NCBI GenBank assembly: GCA_044508115.1
Contig: JBIQII010000001.1
Location: 1,547,799 to 1,579,798, forward strand
Reading direction: 5' to 3'
DNA from: a bacterium
Lineage (GTDB): Bacteria > Armatimonadota > Fimbriimonadia > Fimbriimonadales > Fimbriimonadaceae
DNA length: 32,000 nt
A program made the position numbers and the translations under genes. The notes below the pieces were generated by a model. That model was not told where the DNA came from and did no database searches. It saw only the letters and a program-made list of their open reading frames with translations. Of the stretch, positions 25,764 through 32,000 are shown one piece after another (position 1 is the first letter of the stretch; every line of letters begins with the position of its first letter).

Positions 25764-27026
25764 TCAGTTCGCCGGAACGATGCGCGAGATCCGCGCACCC
25801 GACTGGTCCGTGGCAAAGTATAGGTAGCCGTCGGGTCCGGTCTGTACGTTGCGGACTCGGTTACCAATCCGCAACTGGGTGATCTTGACCACCTTGCCAT
25901 CGCCATCCAGCTCAATCCGCCGGATATCTTGGCCCGCCAATCCACCACTAAAAAGATCGCCTTTCCAGTTCGGCATTTTGTCGCCCGTGTAGTAGGTGAG
26001 TCCGCACGGCGCGGGGCAAGGAGTCCAAGCAATCACCGGACTCACCATCCCCGGCAGACTCGTTTTATCCGTAATAACGCGGCCGGAATATTCTTTACTA
26101 AATGTTGCAAGCGGCCAGCCGTAGTTTTTGCCTGCAACCAGCACGTTGAGTTCGTCACCTCCGAGAGCCCCGTGTTCCGTTTGCCAGATCATGTTGAGGT
26201 TCGGGTCGTATGCCAAGCCTTGGACGTTGCGGTGCCCCAAAGAGAATATTTCCGGCAGATAGTCAGGATTCGACAGAAATGGATTGTCTTTGGGTGCTTT
26301 TCCATTTTCATCTAGCCGTAACACTTTGCCTAGATGACTATCCGGTTCTTGGACATGGTGGCGGGTGAGCTTGCCATTAATCGCACTGGGCGGATTGCCG
26401 CCATCACCTAGCGCAAGCAGAAGAGTTTTATCGGGCAGCCATAGGATCCGCGATCCAAAGTGCTGACCGCCCTCTTTAAGAAAGTTGGGCTTAAAGATAA
26501 CGGATACATCGGTCAATTGATCTCCGCTGAGTTTTCCGCGTGCGAGAACCGTGTGGTTCCGGGCGTTAGTGCCTTGCGAAAGGGTGAGATAAACCCAACT
26601 ATTCTGGGCAAAATCGGGGTGGAGAGAAACGTCCATCAGCCCGCCTTGACCGACCACCGCCACTTCGGGCAGACCAGAAATCCGAGTTTGCTCTTTGGTT
26701 TTGGGATCGTAGATCGTAAGGCGACCCCGCTTTTCGGTAAAAATCATCCGGCCATCCGGAAGCCAGTCCATCCCCCACGGAGTATTGAGACCGGTCAGAA
26801 TCACCTCTTCCTTCCAACCCGATTCCGGAGCGGGGACGCCAAGCGGTTCTTCGGCAAACTGAGTTTGAACGCCTTGCTTGCGAGGCTGATCGGCACCCGC
26901 CGATTCGATCCCTGCGGGTGATGGGCTGGGCTGCGGATCGGGGTTGACCGCTTCGGGAGCGCATCCCACCGCCAATAAACTTCCGATCAGAAACGAGGGT
27001 GCGAAAATCCGCCAGACCATACCCAT
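25764..27026 (-). CDS. PQQ-dependent (soluble glucose/sorbosone dehydrogenase family) sugar dehydrogenase, lipoprotein
   Basis: The beta-propeller family segments are GLNTPWGMDWLPDGRMIFTEKRGRL, GGLMDVSLHPDF, GHRNVQGLAYDP and TEHGALGGDELNVLVAGKNYGWP. The track start, GTG 27128, would abut the divergent neighbour with no gap. ATG 27026 (MGMVWRIFAPSFLIGSLLAVGC) gives a signal peptide plus an L-A-V-G-C lipobox. Confidence 0.88.
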   Translation of the reverse strand: MGMVWRIFAPSFLIGSLLAVGCAPEAVNPDPQPSPSPAGIESAGADQPRKQGVQTQFAEEPLGVPAPESGWKEEVILTGLNTPWGMDWLPDGRMIFTEKRGRLTIYDPKTKEQTRISGLPEVAVVGQGGLMDVSLHPDFAQNSWVYLTLSQGTNARNHTVLARGKLSGDQLTDVSVIFKPNFLKEGGQHFGSRILWLPDKTLLLALGDGGNPPSAINGKLTRHHVQEPDSHLGKVLRLDENGKAPKDNPFLSNPDYLPEIFSLGHRNVQGLAYDPNLNMIWQTEHGALGGDELNVLVAGKNYGWPLATFSKEYSGRVITDKTSLPGMVSPVIAWTPCPAPCGLTYYTGDKMPNWKGDLFSGGLAGQDIRRIELDGDGKVVKITQLRIGNRVRNVQTGPDGYLYFATDQSGARISRIVPAN

Positions 27027-27071
27027 AATGTACACCGTAGGCAAAGAGAATATTCCCCATCCGATCAACGC

Positions 27072-27863
27072 ATGCCCCCGATAGATCGTAGAAAAGCGCG
27101 GACTGGTATTCTCCCGTTTCGCCCCCACATGCTGAATTCATCCTCGGAACCAACGAGCTCCGGCGATCCCCCACAACGAAAGCCAGCTCGCAGTTTTGGG
27201 ACCGCCATTCGGGACATGTTCAGCTTGCGATACCACATCGCCCGGTTTCGCGAGGATTTGGCGGCCACTCGAGCCGCGTTGGAAAAGCGGCGCCGATTGG
27301 TAAGCGGCGAAGCTACAACCGAGGAGCTTCCCGAGATTTTTCGCGGCAAGCTGATGGGCGTCTTTCTAGCCACCGGATGGACGAATTTGGTGGGTCTTGC
27401 TCTGGGCGGAGTGGTGCAATATTCCACCGGGAGCCAGTGGCTTGGCCTCTTCTTAACTCCTGCAATCTGTTTTGTGGTGACGGCCATCGCGTTTCAGATT
27501 GCCTGGTGGTTCGATAATCGAAAACTGTATGCCCTCAGTGCATCTGATCCGGCCCACCGATTTTGGACGCTTCAAAAAGACATGGGACCGGTCCACCGAG
27601 CCGCGATTCCGGTTGCCGTGGGATTCTCGCTGGTGAACTTCATCATTATTTCTCCTTTGCTTGGGTTGATCACGCTGATCAATCCGGAATTGGGTCGCAA
27701 CACGCCCGCGGGTGCGCTCATCATGCTTGTGGAGTTCCTCTTCATTGGCAGCTCATTTGTAAGGCTTATGGGCGATTTCTTTGACAAATACAGCTTTAGC
27801 CTCGCCGCCAAGTACCGCGACACAATCTGCCAGGTCGTAGACTCTCCCCAGGCTCCGATCTAG
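27072..27863 (+). CDS. Hypothetical integral membrane protein (about 4 TM helices)
   Basis: The N-terminal third is soluble and charged (RYHIARFREDLAATRAALEKRRRL). Hydrophobic helices follow: MGVFLATGWTNLVGLALGGVV, LGLFLTPAICFVVTAIAFQIAWW, AAIPVAVGFSLVNFIIISPLLGLITLI and GALIMLVEFLFIGSSFV. ATG 27129 is an alternative start. I recognised no family. Confidence 0.68.
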   Translation: MPPIDRRKARTGILPFRPHMLNSSSEPTSSGDPPQRKPARSFGTAIRDMFSLRYHIARFREDLAATRAALEKRRRLVSGEATTEELPEIFRGKLMGVFLATGWTNLVGLALGGVVQYSTGSQWLGLFLTPAICFVVTAIAFQIAWWFDNRKLYALSASDPAHRFWTLQKDMGPVHRAAIPVAVGFSLVNFIIISPLLGLITLINPELGRNTPAGALIMLVEFLFIGSSFVRLMGDFFDKYSFSLAAKYRDTICQVVDSPQAPI

Positions 27864-28951
27864 AGCTCACGCAGAGTTCGCACGATCTTGGCCGCGGCAT
27901 CCGGCGATGCGTGAGCTTGAGCACAGGCCGACATCTGCGGACCAACCTCTGGATCGGCCTTCAACGTGCCGATAAGTTTTCGCAAATCATCCGGCGATCT
28001 CAAAATTTGCCCCGCTCCGCAATCAGCGAGGAACCGAGCATTCCCCTCTTCCTGCCCCGGAATTAAAAACGGCCAGTAGATGCCGAACGGCGTACCTGTT
28101 GCCAGCGCTTCAAACGTTGTGAGTCCGCCGGGTTTGGCCACTAGCAGATGCGCGGCACGCATCCGCGCGGCCATCTCCGACTGGTCGATCTGACCGAGCA
28201 CTTCGACCTCGGAATCCGACTGAAATTCTGACGTAAGCAGACGACGCGCAGCTTCGTTACGGCCGGAAACCGCCCATACATGAGCACCCTCGGAACGGGC
28301 CGCCCGGACCGTCTCCACCATCGGACCGCCCCCGATCCCGCCACTAGTCACCAGAACCTGGATAAAGCTGCCCCATCTTCGCTTTGGACCAACCTCTTCT
28401 CCGAAGGCCGGATGGATCGGAATACCGGTGGCTTCACTGTTCCGTCCCAGACGTGGACGCCTCCGCATCAGAACTTCGCGGGTCCAAGTTTGGGGGACAA
28501 AAAAGAAATCTGGACGGCCGCGCAGCCACATTCGATGGACATATAGATCAGTCACCACCACGGCTTCACGGAATCCGAACTCCCGTCGCAGAGGCACCAG
28601 CCGTGGCTGCGGAAGGCTGTGCGTGCACACCACCCAATCCGGACGGAAATCCGCAATACATCGGCGAATCCCCCGCGTGAATGCGTAGTCCAATCCGGTT
28701 TGAAAAGAATAGTTGAAAAGGGGTCGATCGCTGGACCGGTAGAGGTGGCCCCACACGGCAGGTTTCTTCCGCACAAGTTGTTCATATCCCCCTCGGTACC
28801 AGGTGCGGAACGCTGGCGAAGTGAAATCCAATACATCGACAACCTGGGCTTGGAGCGCCGCTCGATGCGCTTCCTCTGCAATCGCATGGGCGGCCGACAT
28901 GTGTCCGTTTCCGGTCGAAGCACTCAGGATAAGCAAGCGCGGACTTTTCAT
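27860..28951 (-). CDS. MGDG-synthase-like / GT28-family lipid glycosyltransferase (UgtP/MurG fold)
   Basis: The N-terminus MKSPRLLILSASTGNGHMSAAHAIAEE matches the I-L-S-A-S-x-G-x-GH start of monogalactosyl/diglucosyl diacylglycerol synthases. The C-terminal half (VLVTSGGIGGGP...LLVAKPGGLTTFEALATGTP) is GT-B nucleotide-sugar-binding-like. Confidence 0.86.
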   Translation of the reverse strand: MKSPRLLILSASTGNGHMSAAHAIAEEAHRAALQAQVVDVLDFTSPAFRTWYRGGYEQLVRKKPAVWGHLYRSSDRPLFNYSFQTGLDYAFTRGIRRCIADFRPDWVVCTHSLPQPRLVPLRREFGFREAVVVTDLYVHRMWLRGRPDFFFVPQTWTREVLMRRRPRLGRNSEATGIPIHPAFGEEVGPKRRWGSFIQVLVTSGGIGGGPMVETVRAARSEGAHVWAVSGRNEAARRLLTSEFQSDSEVEVLGQIDQSEMAARMRAAHLLVAKPGGLTTFEALATGTPFGIYWPFLIPGQEEGNARFLADCGAGQILRSPDDLRKLIGTLKADPEVGPQMSACAQAHASPDAAAKIVRTLREL

Positions 28952-29730
28952 GCTGATCGCGCCTCAAGTTTGCGCGCTCTGCGGATAAGTGTCCAGATTC
29001 GGTTTCGATTGGCTCGTTGCAAGAGTGCGCAGTACAGATCGCCCCAGAAAATCCACGCGGTGTATGGGATGGCAAACCAAAGCTGATTGACAACCGCATA
29101 GATAATCGGCACCACATCGATGGCCGCCATGACCAGGTGAACGCACTCGTTCACCCGGGTTTGATTCTCAAACTCAACGACGTCTTTGGTACGGGCACCG
29201 CGAACAAATTCAAGCGATGCACCGGCACGGCGTTCCGATCGGCTGTACCTTAGAGTCCAAATCACCCACTCCACCAACCGCCTAAATCGAGGCAATCCGA
29301 TCGCGGCATAAAATCGATCGGTTTCCCATTTTTTCGGGACAAACCACCAGTCACCCCACGTTTCGCTACGGGCCGGAGCCCGTTCTTCCGGGGTGGCCTC
29401 TGGATCGGCACCGAGCCGGAAAATTATCGTCGTCTTGTAGGATTCCAGCACCACCAAAACTGCGTGAAACAACGCCATCGCCCCAAACACGGCCATTAAA
29501 AACCACTGATCAAACCGCGCAAACATGGCGATCACGGGCAGATGTAAGACGAGTCTGAATAAGTTTGCCCGGCCAAAGTATCGCGCATCGTGCCGAAGGT
29601 CGTCAATATCCGTTTGGCGGAAACCGCGCGTGGATACAGCGTCTGCGATCGGCGGAAGCGGCTTCTGACCTGTTCGGTCGCTGATCAACCGGTGCAGATA
29701 CCGCAGGCCCAATCGCTCGAGCAGTTCCAT
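28948..29730 (-). CDS. Membrane protein whose C-terminal half resembles the CrtO-type glycosyl-lipid (glycosyl-4,4'-diaponeurosporenoate) acyltransferase family
   Basis: This is a 260-aa protein. The sequences WWFVPKKWETDRFYAAIGLPRFRRLVEW, ENQTRVNECVHLV and LLQRANRNRIW parallel the family pattern as I recall it (W-E-x-x-G-x-x-Y...E-T-x-R-A-E-x-x-H...Q-R-Y-N-R-x-R). The stop overlaps the glycosyltransferase start as ATGA at 28948-28951. The family assignment is from memory only. Confidence 0.6.
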   Translation of the reverse strand: MELLERLGLRYLHRLISDRTGQKPLPPIADAVSTRGFRQTDIDDLRHDARYFGRANLFRLVLHLPVIAMFARFDQWFLMAVFGAMALFHAVLVVLESYKTTIIFRLGADPEATPEERAPARSETWGDWWFVPKKWETDRFYAAIGLPRFRRLVEWVIWTLRYSRSERRAGASLEFVRGARTKDVVEFENQTRVNECVHLVMAAIDVVPIIYAVVNQLWFAIPYTAWIFWGDLYCALLQRANRNRIWTLIRRARKLEARSA

Positions 29731-29733
29731 AGT

Positions 29734-30591
29734 TCACTTAGGCGTGGAAACAAGATTTTTGATCGTCGCCCACGGACCCCGCGTAGGCGCCGAATGACTC
29801 TCGGAAAACCGCAAGAGTTCAAGCCTGCCATCCATATGCTCCACCACCACGGTGCAATTTTCCACCCAGTCCCCGGTGTTCACGTAGATGAACCCATTCG
29901 GAAGATCGGTTTTGATTTGGGGTCGATGCACGTGTCCGCACACCACACCGTCGAACCCGCTTTCCACCGCGTAGTCGATTACGGACTGCTCGTAGTTTGT
30001 AGCCTTACCAATAAACTTTTTGATTCCGCGCTTGGTAGCGGTGGTGAAATCGATTGGCCCCTTGCCGTTTCGATTTCTTTTCTTATTGAGAGCAACGTTG
30101 GCCATCCCCAGATACTCATACATCCAGGCTCCGATAAACGCTACGGGCTGATATTTGGTGCAGCTTCGGTCGAAAAGGTCGCCATGGACCACCAATAAAT
30201 CGCGCCCGTCAGCCGTGGTATGCAAAAAGCTATGTTCAATTTGAATGTTCCCAAGTTGGACATTGTGCATTCGACGCATAAATGCATCGTGATTGCCCGG
30301 CGTGTATCGAACAATCGTGCCTTGGTTGCCTTTCTCTAAAACTTCGCGGATCACGCCGGTTCCTAGTTCGGTCCACTTGCGGTCTTTGCGACCCACCCAG
30401 CCATCGATAATGTCTCCAACCAGATACAGGTATTCGCAGCTCACGCTTTCCAGAAATCTCAAGGCTCCCTCGGTCTGCGATCCAATCGCTCCAAGGTGGA
30501 TGTCCGATATAAATACGGATCGGAAGTGCGTTTGCGAGATCATGGAGATCTTCCGCGGCAGCTGGCTAGACTCGGCGGGCTCTCTTTCCAT
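29734..30591 (-). CDS. LpxH-like calcineurin-type metallophosphoesterase (UDP-2,3-diacylglucosamine diphosphatase family)
   Basis: The motifs are FISDIHLG, LVGDIIDGW, TPGNHD and VVHGDLFD. The track start at 30723 would overlap the divergent gene. ATG 30591 has AGGTGA 10 nt upstream. ATG 30543 (MISQTHFRSVFISDIHLG) is another plausible start. Confidence 0.84.
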   Translation of the reverse strand: MEREPAESSQLPRKISMISQTHFRSVFISDIHLGAIGSQTEGALRFLESVSCEYLYLVGDIIDGWVGRKDRKWTELGTGVIREVLEKGNQGTIVRYTPGNHDAFMRRMHNVQLGNIQIEHSFLHTTADGRDLLVVHGDLFDRSCTKYQPVAFIGAWMYEYLGMANVALNKKRNRNGKGPIDFTTATKRGIKKFIGKATNYEQSVIDYAVESGFDGVVCGHVHRPQIKTDLPNGFIYVNTGDWVENCTVVVEHMDGRLELLRFSESHSAPTRGPWATIKNLVSTPK

Positions 30592-30649
30592 TGTACGCAA
30601 TTCACCTATAAACCCCCCGACTGACGCGCCTTGGTAGTATCTCGATACT

Positions 30650-31324
30650 GTGACTCTTGACCAAGCCCTCGCCAAGCTAGAATCTGCCGGTCTCGAAAAT
30701 GTTCGTGCCATGCACACGCGCAATGGCTACCTAGGCGAGATGTTTGGTGTTCGAATGGGCGATATTCGAGCGGTGGCCAAGGAGATCAAGTTCAACCCTG
30801 ACCTGGCCCGCGAACTGTGGGCAACGGCAAACTTAGATGCTCGTTTGCTCGCGGTGCTCATCACCAAGCCAAAATCCCTCTCCGCCCATGAGCTCGAACA
30901 GATGGTCTCCGATTCCCAAATCGCCCAACTCGCCGACTGGGTGAACTCCTATCTCGTGAAAGCTCACCCGCAGAAAGAGGAGTTTCGAGCCCGCTGGATG
31001 GATTCCGATGATCCGTGGCTAGCCCGATCCGGCTGGAGTCTCACCGCCGAAGCCATTGCTAAAGCCGATCCGGCAATCGATCACGACGCTCTGCTGGACC
31101 GGATCGAGCGCGAGATGGCAAATGCGCCCGCTCCCGCGCAGTGGACCATGAACTTTGCCCTCGCTTACATTGGAATCTATAGTCCAGAGCACCGGATGCG
31201 TGCGCGAGCAGTCGGGGAAAAGCTGGGCGTCTACCGCGACTATCCAACCCCCAAAGGTTGCACTTCGCCCTTTGCTCCCCTATGGATTGATGAGATGGCG
31301 CGCCGCCAGCAATCGAAAGCTTAA
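30650..31324 (+). CDS. DNA alkylation repair protein (AlkD-like HEAT-repeat family)
   Basis: This is a 224-aa protein with a GTG start, which is the first start codon after an in-frame TAG at 30635-30637. The sequence LAKLESAGLENVRAMHTRNGYLGEMFGVRMGDIRAVAKEI...LWATANLDARLLAVLI...ADWVNSYLV fits the DNA_alkylation family layout. Confidence 0.82.
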   Translation: MTLDQALAKLESAGLENVRAMHTRNGYLGEMFGVRMGDIRAVAKEIKFNPDLARELWATANLDARLLAVLITKPKSLSAHELEQMVSDSQIAQLADWVNSYLVKAHPQKEEFRARWMDSDDPWLARSGWSLTAEAIAKADPAIDHDALLDRIEREMANAPAPAQWTMNFALAYIGIYSPEHRMRARAVGEKLGVYRDYPTPKGCTSPFAPLWIDEMARRQQSKA

Positions 31325-31332
31325 AGGGAGAA

Positions 31333-32000
31333 TCAGTCATTAACCGAGCGGTACTGCACCGCTTCGGCCAGGTCGCGCTTGGTGATTGAATCGCGTGAAT
31401 CCAGATCGGCGATTGTCTGCGAAACCTTAAGCAATCGATCAAATACTCGGGCAGACAGTCCAAGTTTATTGGCCGCAACCTGCATAAATACTTTGCATTC
31501 CTCGTCTAACGGAACAAATTCCTTAAGCTGACGCGGAGTCATTTTGGCGTTGGTTGCATTTGACCCCAGACGCGCACTCTGCCGTTCTCGCGCTCGGATC
31601 ACGCGCTCTCGAATCTGTTGACTCGATGGTCCGGTCGGCATCTCGGTGAGTTCTTCCGGCTTTAAGCGCGGAACGACCACGTGCAGATCGATTCGGTCCA
31701 GCAGGGGACCACTAATCCGAGATCCGTATTTGAGACATTTATCGGCTCCGATGCACTTGGCTTCCGGATACCCCTTGAACCCGCACGGGCATGGATTCAT
31801 CGCCCCCACAAGCATGCAAGAAGCCGGAAATGTAAGTGTGCTTTGCACCCGCGCTACGGTCACCACGCCATCTTCGAGAGGCTGTCGCAGTGCTTCCAGC
31901 ACATCGCGTCCAAATTCCGGCATCTCATCCAAAAAAAGCACCCCGTGATGTGCCATCGAAACTTCACCCGGCTTGGGCGTTTTTCCGCCGCCAACGATGG
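31333..32000 (-). CDS. comM: YifB/ComM family Mg-chelatase-like AAA+ ATPase; C-terminal part only, with the 5' end beyond the window
   Basis: The reading frame stays open to position 32000. The sequence reads ...GGGKTPKPGEVSMAHHGVLFLDEMPEF (Walker B/sensor region), then NPCPCGF...C and ISGPLLDRIDLHV, and ends with the C-terminal domain LGLSARVFDRLLKVSQTIADLD. Confidence 0.9.
   Translation of the reverse strand, partial: IVGGGKTPKPGEVSMAHHGVLFLDEMPEFGRDVLEALRQPLEDGVVTVARVQSTLTFPASCMLVGAMNPCPCGFKGYPEAKCIGADKCLKYGSRISGPLLDRIDLHVVVPRLKPEELTEMPTGPSSQQIRERVIRARERQSARLGSNATNAKMTPRQLKEFVPLDEECKVFMQVAANKLGLSARVFDRLLKVSQTIADLDSRDSITKRDLAEAVQYRSVND

Noticed and set aside
29590-30198. A 202-aa plus-strand ORF (and 10193-10711 and 26599-27174 on the minus strand).
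   Set aside because: These are antisense or alternative-frame shadows of the LpxH-like, deacetylase and sugar dehydrogenase genes respectively. None has a motif.
1-32000. I looked for rRNA or tRNA genes, CRISPR repeat-spacer periodicity, IS elements or terminal inverted repeats, integrases, phage genes, and known defence-system genes.
   Set aside because: I found no cloverleaf-like or rRNA-like conserved stretches, no regularly spaced direct repeats, and no transposase, integrase, nuclease-helicase or toxin-antitoxin-like ORFs by eye. The window looks like core chromosome plus envelope-related accessory genes. A covariance-model or HMM scan would be needed to exclude small RNAs.

Overview
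This is a densely packed, moderately GC-rich bacterial chromosomal segment with about 30 protein-coding genes. I recognised no rRNA, tRNA, CRISPR array, transposase or integrase. Confidently recognisable genes are leuC, ppc, an ALDH7-type aldehyde dehydrogenase, the divergent mntH/mntR pair, tspO, a HIT protein, a rhomboid protease, a NodB-type deacetylase, an HD phosphohydrolase, a PQQ-type sugar dehydrogenase lipoprotein, an AlkD-like DNA alkylation repair protein and the 3' part of a YifB/ComM ATPase. Four things deserve a second look. (1) Positions 1-9860 hold a minus-strand six-gene operon: rhomboid, a DUF5693-like membrane protein, CsaB pyruvyl transferase, a beta-barrel-like outer-membrane protein of about 860 aa with an internal tandem repeat, a lipoprotein, and a secreted protein of more than 800 aa that runs off the window and is missing from the ORF track. 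None of the last three has an SLH domain that I can see. I cannot assign this cell-surface module to any named system. (2) Positions 27860-30591 hold a three-gene, translationally coupled lipid/glycolipid cassette: an LpxH-like phosphoesterase, a CrtO-like acyltransferase-family membrane protein and an MGDG-synthase-like glycosyltransferase. (3) Positions 20279-20935 read like coding sequence but have no intact ORF. The reading frame switches twice, directly upstream of a CXXCH-motif protein whose divergent neighbour is a redoxin. (4) Six of the eight convergent gene junctions have 0-8 nt gaps or overlapping 3' ends, leaving no room for terminators. All functional calls come from motifs read by eye; no database search was run.
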